The notes: generated by a model not told the origin, from the sequence alone. A DNA stretch of 44,583 nt from Gemmatimonadales bacterium (GCA_036378855.1 DASUVR010000139.1:1-44583), one strand, 5' to 3'. Shown: positions 8,464-18,340, counted from the stretch's first letter. Made by a program: numbers and translations.

Positions 8464-9692
8464 ACCGTGCTCACCGCGGTGGCCCGCGCTGTCCGCAATA
8501 CGGCCGGTGCGGTCATCCTGTGCCCCAGAGCCTCGTACACGGCGAGATACCGCGTGGTGGCCTGGGACCACTCCAGGTCTGCCTCCGCCTTGGCCCGGTT
8601 TCGGATGCTCATCAGTTGCCGGAGCTCCGGGTCCTGGCCCAGGTACTGAATGGCCCGCGCCAGCGCGAGCGGCTGGCCGGGATCGATCAACAGACCATTG
8701 ACGCCGTGTTCCACCAGCTCCGGGATGCCACCCACCGTACTGCCCACCACGGGGAGGCCAGAGGCCAGCGCCTCGGCGAACACATTGCCGAAAGCTTCCG
8801 CCGACGAGGGAAGAGTGAAGAGGTCGGCCGCACGGTAGCGCTCGGCGACAGCCTTGCGATCGAGCGACCCGGTAAAGCGGATCGCCGAGCCCACCCCCAG
8901 ACTCGCAGCCAGCCGCTTCAGCTTCTCACGGTCAGGACCATCACCCACGACCTCTAGCGCAAAGTGCCCTCGAGGCAGCAGTGCAAACGCGCGAATGAGC
9001 TCCCCCAAACCCTTGCGCTCGACCAACCGAGCCACGGCAAGGCATTGGATGAGACCATTGCCCCGAGCGCGACGTGCCCCTGCGCCTGCCGCAGGGTGGA
9101 AGAGCTCGAGATCGACCCCGTTCGGGATCACCGTGTATCCCAGAGTGGGAAGGGTACGCTGGGCCAGTTGGCCGAGACTGTCGCACACCGCAACAACCCT
9201 GCTCGCCCGACGCCAGATCCAGCGGGTGAGCGGTGCGAGCAACCGGTGCATCTGCTGCATCGAACGGTGGTATGGGTCATAGCCGGGAACGTCCGAGCCG
9301 CGCAGCGAAAGCACGACTGGGGTTCCTCGAGGCGCGGCGAATGGCAGCAGCGCGCCAGTGGGAAGCGAGAAGAAGACGTGAACCGCGTCGTACTCCAGGG
9401 TACGAACCAGCCGGCGCACCAGAGGAAACGCATGGAGCAGGTAACTCGCGGCGCCGAGCATGCCGGCCTCGTGCACTCCAACGCGCCGGCTCGGCACCCG
9501 ATAGATCCGGAGTCTGCCCTGCTCTTCCAGCTCGGCTGAGCCTGGCGGGGCGGATTTCCCGTCCGAGCAGCCCGAGGTGACCACATCTACGTTCACGCCG
9601 CGAGTCACCAGACCATTGGCCAGCGCGGCCGTCGCTACCCCAGCGCCGCCACCCAGCGGGGGGTACTCGTAGTTCAGGATCAGGACCCGCAT
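8460..9692 (-). CDS. Glycosyltransferase family 4 (GT-B, Glycos_transf_1)
   Basis: N-terminus 'MRVLILNYEYPPLGGGAGV' and C-terminal 'PSSAEAFGNVFAEALASGLPVVGSTVGGIPELV' (EX7E region). Start ATG 9692 (GGAG 9 nt upstream). Alternative start is ATG 9737. Confidence 0.9.
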   Translation of the reverse strand: MRVLILNYEYPPLGGGAGVATAALANGLVTRGVNVDVVTSGCSDGKSAPPGSAELEEQGRLRIYRVPSRRVGVHEAGMLGAASYLLHAFPLVRRLVRTLEYDAVHVFFSLPTGALLPFAAPRGTPVVLSLRGSDVPGYDPYHRSMQQMHRLLAPLTRWIWRRASRVVAVCDSLGQLAQRTLPTLGYTVIPNGVDLELFHPAAGAGARRARGNGLIQCLAVARLVERKGLGELIRAFALLPRGHFALEVVGDGPDREKLKRLAASLGVGSAIRFTGSLDRKAVAERYRAADLFTLPSSAEAFGNVFAEALASGLPVVGSTVGGIPELVEHGVNGLLIDPGQPLALARAIQYLGQDPELRQLMSIRNRAKAEADLEWSQATTRYLAVYEALGHRMTAPAVLRTARATAVSTV

Positions 9693-9982
9693 CTCGAGCT
9701 GCTCCAGGGGGAGAGAGACGAGCGGTACCTTGCCCATCCGCCATTAGCGGCGGGCTACATCCAGTGTGTCGGAAATGCGAAGAAGTGCGCGGCGTCCGGG
9801 GGGCAAGAGGCAAGCCAGCCTCAGATCCTATGTGCTGACTACTGCAGGATTTGTCTCGGCCAGCCCAAGCTGTTGCTGGACGAACTGTTTGGCGGGTCTT
9901 TCAGAGGTGATTGGGCCCGGCTGGCGTGTGGTCCGGCTCCCCGTCCTGTAGCGGCCCGGCTACAAGGAATTGGTAGCGGCGG

Positions 9983-12328
9983 TCACATTTGAAACAGGTA
10001 GCTGAGCTTGAGGAAAAATCCATCTTCCGCGCGTTGGAGCGTGGATTGCCCCATCTCGGTCGGATCTCTGAGTGTGCTGCCGTACCCGGCAAAGAGTACG
10101 GTTCCCGGGGTAGGCTGGTAGGAGAACAGAAAATCACCCCGGAAGGAGCGGTGGCCAAAGGGACGGGTGCGGGTGTACAGGTTGGTTATGGGATCGAACA
10201 CCAGAATCGGAGCGTTGGTTCGAGACTCGTCCCGCAAGGAGTCGCGCCGTTCGGTGGTGTACTCGCCCACCACCCGAAGAAAGATCGGCCGGGAGAGCTG
10301 ATATTCGATCTTGACCCGCGGACTTCTCCAGATACTCACCGTGCTGCCGTCAGTCCGCCGGCCTACGAACTGGAGGTGGTACTCTCCATTTACCCGGAGC
10401 TGGTCGGTGGGCCGCCAATCGAGGACCAGGTCGAGCCAGGTGATGTCGGCACTGGCCCATTCGTAGAAGTTTTCGTCGTGACCCCAGAGAAAGAAAATGT
10501 TTCCCGAGAAATGGGAGAACTCCGGCGAGTCGAGTGAAAGCACGTAATCGAGGTTGGGGATGGTCGGTTGGCCGGTGAACGGAATCGTGTCCAGCCCGCC
10601 GGCGCCAGCGGGCACCTCCAGAGCGTAATCGGCGTAGAGATCGGCCGGGTACCCGAACGACTCCGTCAGCACCGAGGCCCCGAACTGCCAGCCTCCGCCG
10701 AACCGGGTGTTGGTGTTGAAGTGCAGCTTCTTGTCCTGAATCCCTCCGCCGTTCACAAACTTCTGATATTCCCAGGTTCCGTCCAGCGCCACGTCTCCGG
10801 TAAAGCTTTCGAACCAGCTCCCCTGTTTGCCGTAGGCAGTGATGCTGTGATCCAGATTCGTATGCACGATGCCGGCCCGCTGAATGAATCCGCTGGCGGC
10901 GCGGAAATCATTGGCCACGCCGGCAAAGGTGTAGCGCGCTCCGAAGGTGCGGCCGTTTCGGGCCAGCCGGGAGGACCAGAGCGGCCCGGTTTCGGTCACG
11001 CCTCCAACCCGGGTGCGGCTGCCCGCCACCTGAAGCTGGGCACTGTAGATGTCGCCCATGACCAGTCGGGTATCGACCCCGGCCACCCGGTTGTAGTCGC
11101 GACCTACGACCTTGTCGGTGTACACCACGCCGAGCCGCGACTGCGAGCCGACATCGCGTTGAATTCGGAGCAGGTTGTACAGCGGATGATCCTCACCGGT
11201 GGGAGAAACGGCAGGATCGTCCAGCGCCGAGAGCACCGCCAGGTCGGTTCCGAACGCCTTTCCGGTGAGCTTGGCGGCCACAACCGGCTGCACGATCCGC
11301 CTGGTGTAGATCAGGTTGCTGGGCGTGGAGAATTGCTCGATTGCCTCTAGAAAAAACGGTCGCTTCTCCTGAAAGAAGAGCTCGTTGCGCGGGTCGAACA
11401 CAAACTGTTGGGCGTCGGATTCAATCTGGGAGAAATCCGGGTTGGCGGTTCCGTTGAGCGTCAGGTTGTTGGTAACCCCCCAACGGACGGTGCCACCCAG
11501 CTCCGGGCTGCCGCCGCTATAGCTCCACCCGCCGGTTCCGTCGGCTCCGGTGGTTCTTGAGGTCAGAGATGGGGTGAAGTCGAGCACCACCCCGCGCCGC
11601 AGGTCGGTGAGACCTACGAGCTTGCCCGACTGGCGAAGGAAGGAGGCGCTGGCCCGCTTGGCCGGCGTCCAGCTGTCCTCCCGGCCCGAATGCTGGACCA
11701 GCCGCACAACGTTGATGCCCCAGACCTGCTCCTGTTTGGGCTGGAAGCGGATGCTCTTGAAGGGAATCCGGATCTCGATCTCGTATCCGTACTCGGTAAC
11801 ATGGCCCTTGGATTCGAACACATAGTCAGGGCTGAGGTCTGCCTGCTCCCGCTTTACCACAGCGCTGTTGAAGCCGTTTCCGCTGACCGACCCGGTCTCT
11901 ACCAGCGCCCCGTCAGATTGAACTCCGAGGGGATTCACCGCAAAGACCAGCGCCTGGCGGCTGTCGTTGAAGGTGCTGAGCAGGATCTGGATGTAATCGT
12001 CCGCCGCGATCTTATCCCGATCCGCCAGCGTGGCGTGCACCGGCCCATGCGCCTCGAAGGCACGCACGCCGAAGTGGATCGCGGTGGGAGAGTACCAGAC
12101 CAGCACCTGGGTGGTATCCGCGGCCGGGATTCCATCCGTGGGAGAGAACTGGGAGAAACCGGTCAGCACCGCCGACTCGCCCCACACGGCCTCCGTCAGC
12201 TTCCCGTCCACCGACAGGTCGGCCTCCAGCCGGGGGATCCGTACCTCCACCTGCCCCGCCCGGCCGCTGTACACGGCAGGCGGATCGGTCATTGTCCAGG
12301 TGGTGAGGAGGGCTAGCGCCAGCAGCAT
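9983..12328 (-). CDS. CBM9-like / DUF5916 family envelope protein (probable outer-membrane beta-barrel with N-terminal carbohydrate-binding module)
   Basis: 781-aa ORF. N-terminal 'DGKLTEAVWGESAVLTGFSQFSPTDG' is CBM9-like. The long Gly/Tyr/Phe-rich alternating C-terminal region is beta-barrel-like. The signal peptide is short and atypical (MLLALALLTTWT). Confidence 0.6.
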   Translation of the reverse strand: MLLALALLTTWTMTDPPAVYSGRAGQVEVRIPRLEADLSVDGKLTEAVWGESAVLTGFSQFSPTDGIPAADTTQVLVWYSPTAIHFGVRAFEAHGPVHATLADRDKIAADDYIQILLSTFNDSRQALVFAVNPLGVQSDGALVETGSVSGNGFNSAVVKREQADLSPDYVFESKGHVTEYGYEIEIRIPFKSIRFQPKQEQVWGINVVRLVQHSGREDSWTPAKRASASFLRQSGKLVGLTDLRRGVVLDFTPSLTSRTTGADGTGGWSYSGGSPELGGTVRWGVTNNLTLNGTANPDFSQIESDAQQFVFDPRNELFFQEKRPFFLEAIEQFSTPSNLIYTRRIVQPVVAAKLTGKAFGTDLAVLSALDDPAVSPTGEDHPLYNLLRIQRDVGSQSRLGVVYTDKVVGRDYNRVAGVDTRLVMGDIYSAQLQVAGSRTRVGGVTETGPLWSSRLARNGRTFGARYTFAGVANDFRAASGFIQRAGIVHTNLDHSITAYGKQGSWFESFTGDVALDGTWEYQKFVNGGGIQDKKLHFNTNTRFGGGWQFGASVLTESFGYPADLYADYALEVPAGAGGLDTIPFTGQPTIPNLDYVLSLDSPEFSHFSGNIFFLWGHDENFYEWASADITWLDLVLDWRPTDQLRVNGEYHLQFVGRRTDGSTVSIWRSPRVKIEYQLSRPIFLRVVGEYTTERRDSLRDESRTNAPILVFDPITNLYTRTRPFGHRSFRGDFLFSYQPTPGTVLFAGYGSTLRDPTEMGQSTLQRAEDGFFLKLSYLFQM

Positions 12329-12580
12329 GGTTAGTACCCGTTACGGCAACGACACGCCTGCGGTTTCGAACCGTACCATCTCCCACGATACAGTTGGCAT
12401 AGCTTCTGGCACATACCGGGCATTCCGGAAGCGGTGGCCTCGTCGACCGTGGCGGCAAAGACCACTGCTTCCACCAGCCCGAACCCGGCAAGAGCTCTTC
12501 TCCCAGCGCCATGAGGAACCCGGCGCCGGCAACCGAGGCAATATTGCGGTTAAGTCCCAGCCAGACGAGCGCCGGCCGAA

Positions 12581-13993
12581 TCACTGCCCGGCGTTGCGCG
12601 CCAGAGCATCGGGAAGATCCGCTACGACGTAGGCCATCACCGCCAGCGCGGCCACGCAGCGCGCCAGCTCGGCCGGGTCCAGCTTGTCCAGAGTGTCGCC
12701 CTGGCTGTGATGGAACCAGAAATACTTGCTGCGCTCCACGTCGAGACCCATGCCCGGGACGCCCCGCTCCACCAGTGGAGCGATGTCCGCCTCCGGCGAG
12801 TCCGGCTCCTTGCTGATATCGCCCGCGCCGATCCGCGCCAGCAAAGGACGGATTTCCTGCACTCGCGCCAGCGCGGCATCGCTGCCGCTGAACCTGAATC
12901 CATGGGGACTGAACGTCCCGTTGTCCGATTCAATGGCGAGCGTGTGGTTCTCCAGCTCGGCGGCGTGCCTGTCCCGATAAGCCAGAGCGCCTCGCCCGCC
13001 ATTCTCCTCGTTGGTCCAGAGCACCACCCGGATGGTCCGCCGAGGCTTGAGTCCCAGGACCTGGATCAGCCTCACCGCTTCCCAGGCGGCAACCGCTCCC
13101 CCGCCATCATCCATGGCGCCCTGTCCCACGTCCCAGGAGTCAATGTGTCCCCCCAGCACCACCACCTCGTCCGGCCGCTCGGCCCCCGGCAGCTCGGCCA
13201 CCACATTGCGCGACCGGGCATCCGGCAGCGTGCGGGAGCCCATGGTCAAGCGGACCACCACCCGCTCGCCCCGGTCCTGGAATCGATGCAGCATGGCGGC
13301 ATCCTCGGTACTCACGGCGGCCACGGGGATCTGGGCGACAGTGGAGTCGTAGCGCATGGTGCCGGTGTGCGGGCTGCGGATGGAAAAGGAAGCGATCGAG
13401 CGGACCAGGCAGGCCACCGCGCCTGCCTGTGCCGCTGCCGACGCGCCTTGCACCCGGTACTTGACGGTTTCTCGGTAGCTGGTAAACGGCGCGTCGAACA
13501 GCACAATCTTGCCCCGCGCCTTCGCTGCCTGGGCCTGGAGATCGTCGAAGCTGCTGACCACCAGCACTGGAGCGGTGATGCCTGATGCCGGCGTCGGCAC
13601 GCTTCCACCCAATCCCAGCATTGCCAGAGCTGCCTTGCGTGGCTGGATCAGCCAGGCGGACTCGGAGCCCCGCACCCAGTGGGGCACCATCACCGGTTCG
13701 CCCCGTACCTGCGTCAGCCCATCGGATTTCATCTGCGCCAGAATCCAGTCGATGGCCGCCTCGAGACTGGCTGACCCACTGAAGCGGGAACCAAAACGAT
13801 CCACCAGCTCGCCCAGGCGCCGGTAGGCCGCGCTATCCCGGGTTGCCGCCCGGATCAGGCTGTCTGCGGCCGGACCGTACGTTTCCGCCAGCGTGCCTTT
13901 CGGTCGATCTGACGTCGGGCTTTGGGCGCGAAGCAGATCAGTCTCGGTGAGCAATACGGAGAGCAGAACCAGGAGCAGGCCAGTGTGCCGCAT
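12581..13993 (-). CDS. M28-family metallo-aminopeptidase with PA domain, secreted
   Basis: Trimmed to ATG 13993 (MRHTGLLLVLLSVLL... signal peptide). Zn-ligand motifs 'GGHIDSWDVGQGAMDDGGG' and 'WTNEENGGRG'. Confidence 0.85.
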   Translation of the reverse strand: MRHTGLLLVLLSVLLTETDLLRAQSPTSDRPKGTLAETYGPAADSLIRAATRDSAAYRRLGELVDRFGSRFSGSASLEAAIDWILAQMKSDGLTQVRGEPVMVPHWVRGSESAWLIQPRKAALAMLGLGGSVPTPASGITAPVLVVSSFDDLQAQAAKARGKIVLFDAPFTSYRETVKYRVQGASAAAQAGAVACLVRSIASFSIRSPHTGTMRYDSTVAQIPVAAVSTEDAAMLHRFQDRGERVVVRLTMGSRTLPDARSRNVVAELPGAERPDEVVVLGGHIDSWDVGQGAMDDGGGAVAAWEAVRLIQVLGLKPRRTIRVVLWTNEENGGRGALAYRDRHAAELENHTLAIESDNGTFSPHGFRFSGSDAALARVQEIRPLLARIGAGDISKEPDSPEADIAPLVERGVPGMGLDVERSKYFWFHHSQGDTLDKLDPAELARCVAALAVMAYVVADLPDALARNAGQ

Positions 13994-14075
13994 GGTCGAC
14001 CTACGTAAGGATGAGTGGGCCCTGCTTATATTCCTCAAAGGCCCCTCGCGGGGCAACCTCAATGCAGGAGCAGCA

Positions 14076-14495
14076 ATGTTGAAGCAACTGTTAATGACGA
14101 TTGGCACGGCGGTCTTGCTGGGCAGCTCGAGCTTAGCGGCGCAGGCAAAGCCCGCACACTCGAAGGAGCCTGTCTCAGCCGGCCGACCGCTGAGCCAGTG
14201 GATTGCCGACCTCAAGGCCGCCGCGCCGCAGACTCGCAACGCCGCGGCGTACGAGATTGCGGGCATGGGGCCGCAAGCCGCGGGAGCCGTTCCCGCGCTG
14301 ATCCAGGCTCTGGACGATCCGGCGCCTTCGGTCCGCTTTCCCGTCACTGTTGCATTGATGGAGATCGGACCAGCCGCCAAAGCCGCGGTGCCCCGCCTGC
14401 AGCAGATGGTGGACGAGGAGCTCAACGATGAGATTGCCGCCTCCGCTCGCCGTGCGCTGAAGCGAATCGATCCCGCCGCCGTTCCGACTCAGTAG
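14076..14495 (+). CDS. Secreted HEAT-repeat protein
   Basis: Trimmed to ATG 14076 (AGGAG 5 nt upstream). Signal peptide MLKQLLMTIGTAVLLGSSSLAAQA. Repeated 'A(V/A)PALIQALDD..PSVR...AL..IGP' HEAT-like units. Confidence 0.6.
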   Translation: MLKQLLMTIGTAVLLGSSSLAAQAKPAHSKEPVSAGRPLSQWIADLKAAAPQTRNAAAYEIAGMGPQAAGAVPALIQALDDPAPSVRFPVTVALMEIGPAAKAAVPRLQQMVDEELNDEIAASARRALKRIDPAAVPTQ

Positions 14496-14510
14496 CCTGA
14501 TTGTTGGCGC

Positions 14511-15479
14511 TTAGGGGAGAAGAAGGACTTTGCCCTTCGTCTCCCTGCCCTCCAGTGCCCGGTGAGCTGCCGCGGCATCGGCCAGGGGGTAGGTCCGATC
14601 GATCCGCACCTGCAGCTTCCCTGCTTCCAACCAGGCAAAGAGGTCCCCGGCCCGGGTGAGCAACTCACTCGAGCTCGCGGTGTAGTGCGTCAGCGTGGGA
14701 CGGGTGAGATACAGCGATCCCTTGGTATTGAGAACCTGGGGATCTACCGGGGGCACCGGACCGCTCGACTGACCGAAAAGCACGAGCATACCCCGCGGAG
14801 CCAGGCTGTTCAGGCTGCCTTCGAAGGTGGTTTTCCCAACCGAGTCGTACACTACACTCACCCCACGGCCGCCGGTTAATCTCCGGGCCTCGGATACGAA
14901 GTCCTGCCTGGTATACAGCACCACGTGCTCGGCGCCGGCCTGGGTTGCCAGGGCGGCCTTTTCGTCGGTCGACACCGTGCCGATCACGCGGGCACCCCGT
15001 GCCTTGGCTATCTGACACAGCAGCAACCCTACCCCGCCGGCGGCAGCATGAATCAGGCACCAGGAGCCTTGGGCCAGAGGGTAGGTCGAGGTGGCAAGGT
15101 AGTGAGCGGTGAGTCCTTGAAGCAGCACGGCCGCGGCGACGCTGGTTTCTACCTCATCGGGAACGGGCACCAGTTTATCGACGGGAACCCGGGCGAGCTC
15201 GGCATATGAGCCCCGCAGGCTGGTGGAGGCCACCCGGTCGCCCGGTTTGACGCCGGACACATCGCGGGCCACCGAGACGACCCGTCCGGCACCTTCCCCA
15301 CCCGGAGTAAACGGCAGGGGTGAGCGATAGAGGCCGGTGCGCTGATAGACCTCGATGAAGTTGAGACCAATAGCCTCGAGCCGGACCACGGCCTCGCCCG
15401 GCCCAGGTTGGGGGTCGGGCACTTCCTCCAGCCGGAGGACCTCCGGACCGCCGGTTTCATGGATCTGGATAGCCTTCAC
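14511..15479 (-). CDS. qor: NADPH:quinone oxidoreductase (zeta-crystallin/MDR family)
   Basis: '[19 protein letters not shown]' N-terminus and '[17 protein letters not shown]' nucleotide-binding motif. Start GTG 15479, forming GTGA with the RidA stop. Confidence 0.85.
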   Translation of the reverse strand: MKAIQIHETGGPEVLRLEEVPDPQPGPGEAVVRLEAIGLNFIEVYQRTGLYRSPLPFTPGGEGAGRVVSVARDVSGVKPGDRVASTSLRGSYAELARVPVDKLVPVPDEVETSVAAAVLLQGLTAHYLATSTYPLAQGSWCLIHAAAGGVGLLLCQIAKARGARVIGTVSTDEKAALATQAGAEHVVLYTRQDFVSEARRLTGGRGVSVVYDSVGKTTFEGSLNSLAPRGMLVLFGQSSGPVPPVDPQVLNTKGSLYLTRPTLTHYTASSSELLTRAGDLFAWLEAGKLQVRIDRTYPLADAAAAHRALEGRETKGKVLLLP

Positions 15480-15943
15480 TCGACCTCCAATACTGCCGCC
15501 ACTTCGACAGCCACGTTGAACGGTAGCGAGCCCGCCCCCACAGCGAACCGGGCGTGCTGGCCGACGGCCGCGCCGAATACCTCGACCAGGAGGTCCGAGG
15601 CCCCGTTGGCCACCAGCGGGTGATCGCCGAACTCGGGGCCTGCGTTGACGAATACCTGGAGCATGCACACTCGGCGAACGCGTTCGAGGCTTCCGAGCTT
15701 GGCCTGCACCTGGGCGATCAGGTTGAGGGCACAGAGCCGGGCGGCCGCTTTCGCGTCAGTCACCGAGATGTCGCGACCCACCTTGCCGACATACCGGAGC
15801 TCGCCGTTCCATGAGCAGATCTGTCCCGAGATGAAGAGGTTCCGCCCGCTCTGGACGCAGGGAACGAAGTTGGCGACCGGTGCGGTGGCGTCGGGGAGCT
15901 CGAGCCCGAGCTCGGCCAGACGGGCTGCAATGGTAGCGCTCAT
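15476..15943 (-). CDS. RidA/YjgF-family reactive-intermediate deaminase
   Basis: 155-aa ORF with the YjgF/RidA fold pattern '...LFISGQI...[24 protein letters not shown]'. Confidence 0.8.
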   Translation of the reverse strand: MSATIAARLAELGLELPDATAPVANFVPCVQSGRNLFISGQICSWNGELRYVGKVGRDISVTDAKAAARLCALNLIAQVQAKLGSLERVRRVCMLQVFVNAGPEFGDHPLVANGASDLLVEVFGAAVGQHARFAVGAGSLPFNVAVEVAAVLEVE

Positions 15944-15949
15944 GAAATC

Positions 15950-16903
15950 CTAGCGATCGAAGTTGACGGCGACGGTGTTGCCCCCGCTGATCACCACGCC
16001 GGCCCGTTCCCCACTCCGGGGGCGATACTTTCCGCTCAGCAATGCAGCGAGCGCCGTTGCCCCACCCGGCTCCGCCACAATCCTGAGCCGATTCCAGAGC
16101 GCAACCTGGGCAGCATGAATCTCGGCATCCGTGACCAACACCGTCTGCTCGAGGGCATCGCGGATGATGCCGTAATTCAGCTCGCCAATTCGCCGTGGAC
16201 CCAATGAATCGGCGGCAACGCCACCCACCTCGGCGTCCACCGGACGACCGGCCGCAAACGCGCGAGTCAGGGTAGGGCACCGCTCCGGCTCTACCCCAAT
16301 CAGCCGCAGCTTCCGGCCGTACCACGCCGCTGTGCCCCCCAGAAGGCCGCCACCCCCGACTGGCACCAGCAGACTATCGAGGTCGGGCACCTGCTCCTCC
16401 AGCTCGAGGGCCAGGGTGCCCTGTCCCCAGAGGGTCTCCTCCTGATCGAAAGCGTGAACCCGAAGCGCATCGTGTCCTGAAGCCCAAACTTCGCTGGCCC
16501 GCAGTGCGTCGTCGTAGTCCTCGCCTCCGATCATCAGGGTGGCGCCGTATCCACGAATGCGCTCGACTTTGGCCGGCGAAGCGATCGAGGGGATGAAGAT
16601 GGTAGCGGCGTGGCCCAGCACCTGGGCGGCGTAGGCAACAGCGGCGCCGTGATTGCCGCCTGAAGCGGCAACCACACCGCCGACAGGCACCGGGCGGAGG
16701 AGCAGGTTGGCAAAGGCGCCCCGGGCCTTGAATGAGCCGGAGTGCTGCAGCAACTCCAGTTTGAGGCTCACCCGCGCGGCGCGAGCTCCCAGGTCGGTGC
16801 CCTCCAGATGGATGACCGGGGTCCGGCGAATGTGCGGCCCGATAAGCTCCGCGGTAGCGCCGATGCGCTCTCGGTCGATCAGGAGATGAGTGACGCCGGA
16901 CAT
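15950..16903 (-). CDS. PLP-dependent serine/threonine dehydratase family enzyme
   Basis: Start ATG 16903 (GGAG 8 nt upstream). PLP-lysine motif 'HSGSFKARGA' and glycine loop 'VPVGGGGLLGG'. Confidence 0.85.
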   Translation of the reverse strand: MSGVTHLLIDRERIGATAELIGPHIRRTPVIHLEGTDLGARAARVSLKLELLQHSGSFKARGAFANLLLRPVPVGGVVAASGGNHGAAVAYAAQVLGHAATIFIPSIASPAKVERIRGYGATLMIGGEDYDDALRASEVWASGHDALRVHAFDQEETLWGQGTLALELEEQVPDLDSLLVPVGGGGLLGGTAAWYGRKLRLIGVEPERCPTLTRAFAAGRPVDAEVGGVAADSLGPRRIGELNYGIIRDALEQTVLVTDAEIHAAQVALWNRLRIVAEPGGATALAALLSGKYRPRSGERAGVVISGGNTVAVNFDR

Positions 16904-16988
16904 AACGCAGTCTCCACGTGCTGGGCCCCTTGACCAACATACAGGCACTTCAAGCGCACCATACTTCAGAGCATCTGAGGCAACAGTA

Positions 16989-18320
16989 CTACCGGGGGAC
17001 AGCCGAGCGCATGAGCCGGGTGATCAGCGGCAGTAGAGCGGCCAGCAGGGTTCCGCCCCCCAGGCAGGAGACCACGAATAGCAGGAAGAAATCCGCCTGG
17101 CCTCCCAGCGCCCAGGAAAACTCCCCCCGCTCGAACCCCTCGATCATCCCCGCCAGATAGCCGCCGATGAGATTGGCCAGGAAGTTTGCCGCCAGCCATA
17201 TGCCCATCAGCATGGAGGCCAGCCGCACCGGGGCGGCCTGACCGACAAAGGAGAAACCTGCAGGAAGAAAACAGAGCTCGCCCAGACTGTACACGAAGTA
17301 GAACGAGATCAGGTACCAGGGACTCACCAGAATGCCCCGGTCGCTCTTCGCTGCTGCCAGCACCATGATCACATAGCCCAGGCCCAGGACAATCAGCCCC
17401 AGCGCCATCTTGGCCTGAGTGCTCGGTGCCCGGGGGCCCAGTCTCTGCCACCACCGCGCCACCATAGGAGCGAGCATTAGAACGAAGAGAGGATTCACGG
17501 CCTGAAACCAGGCGGCCGGGATCTCGCCCTGCGGAGCCAATCCTGCGGCCCACCCGCTCAGGGTCCGCTCGGTTCTCTGTGCCGCAAAGAGATTGAGCGA
17601 CGAGCCCACCTGCTCGAAGGCGAGCCAGAAGAAGACCACAAAGACGGTCACCAGAGCGAGTGCGGCCATTCGCTCCCTGTCCTCTGGAGTCAGGGAATCG
17701 CGAGCCGCCAGCTCGTCCATCGAGAGGCCGCCTGAAGCGAGCGGTCGCGATCCCACGCCGGAGAGTCGCTGCCCCCTGGTTCCCAGATAGAAGCCCAACC
17801 CGAGGAGCATACCCGCTCCAGCGATCCCAAAGCCCCAGGGCCAGCCGAAGCGGGGATTGACGGCAAACCAGGCGCACACCAAAGGCCCGAACAGCGCGCC
17901 GAGGTTGATGCCCATGTAGTAGAGAGTGAAGCCGGAGTCACGGCGGATATCGTGCGGCGAGTAAAGCTGCCCGACCATGGTGTACACGTTGGGCTTGAAG
18001 CACCCGGTCCCCATGATGACGAGGAACAGGCCACCATAAAAAGCGGAGTCGGTGCTCAGGGCGAGGGTGAAATAGCCGAGCGAGATGAGGGCGCCGCCAA
18101 TGGCCAGCGTGCGGTTGGCTCCGAGGAGCCTGTCCGCCAGCCACCCGCCTGCTACCGGCGTCAGGTACAGCAAACCGTTGTACCAGCCATACAGCCGGCT
18201 GGCGTGCTCCCGGCTCCAGCCCAGCCCGCCTGCGGCGGTGTCGATCAGATACAGGATGAGCAGGGCGCGCACCCCGTAATACGCAAAGCGTTCCCAGAGC
18301 TCGGTTACGAAGAGAACCAA
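16989..18320 (-). CDS. POT/PTR2-family di-/tripeptide:proton symporter
   Basis: 'ELWERFAYYG' (ExxERFxYY) and 'LYYMGINLGALFGP' signatures, with about 12 or more TM segments. The ORF track starts at TTG 18320, which gives an unusually short N-terminus (see findings). Confidence 0.85.
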   Translation of the reverse strand: MVLFVTELWERFAYYGVRALLILYLIDTAAGGLGWSREHASRLYGWYNGLLYLTPVAGGWLADRLLGANRTLAIGGALISLGYFTLALSTDSAFYGGLFLVIMGTGCFKPNVYTMVGQLYSPHDIRRDSGFTLYYMGINLGALFGPLVCAWFAVNPRFGWPWGFGIAGAGMLLGLGFYLGTRGQRLSGVGSRPLASGGLSMDELAARDSLTPEDRERMAALALVTVFVVFFWLAFEQVGSSLNLFAAQRTERTLSGWAAGLAPQGEIPAAWFQAVNPLFVLMLAPMVARWWQRLGPRAPSTQAKMALGLIVLGLGYVIMVLAAAKSDRGILVSPWYLISFYFVYSLGELCFLPAGFSFVGQAAPVRLASMLMGIWLAANFLANLIGGYLAGMIEGFERGEFSWALGGQADFFLLFVVSCLGGGTLLAALLPLITRLMRSAVPR

Positions 18321-18340
18321 AAGCCCTGGAGGCTGACGAT

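Noticed and set aside
9972-9983. GGTAGCGGCGGT near the start of the GT4 operon region, reminiscent of the ops/JUMPstart element (GGCGGTAG) of polysaccharide operons.
   Set aside because: The word order does not match ops. It lies on the plus strand while the operon is on the minus strand, and it overlaps the stop of the upstream DUF5916 gene.
12329-12584. GTG 12584 forms a GTGA overlap with the M28 peptidase stop and opens an ORF (VIRPALVWLGLNRNIASVAGAGFLMALGEELL...). Its first ~40 codons have high third-position GC and look like a TM helix, possibly a remnant of a transporter gene.
   Set aside because: The ORF has no stop before it runs 300 nt into the DUF5916 gene in another frame, and the later part is low-complexity. 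I cannot tell a small coupled gene from a decayed remnant or chance without homology searches, so it is not called.
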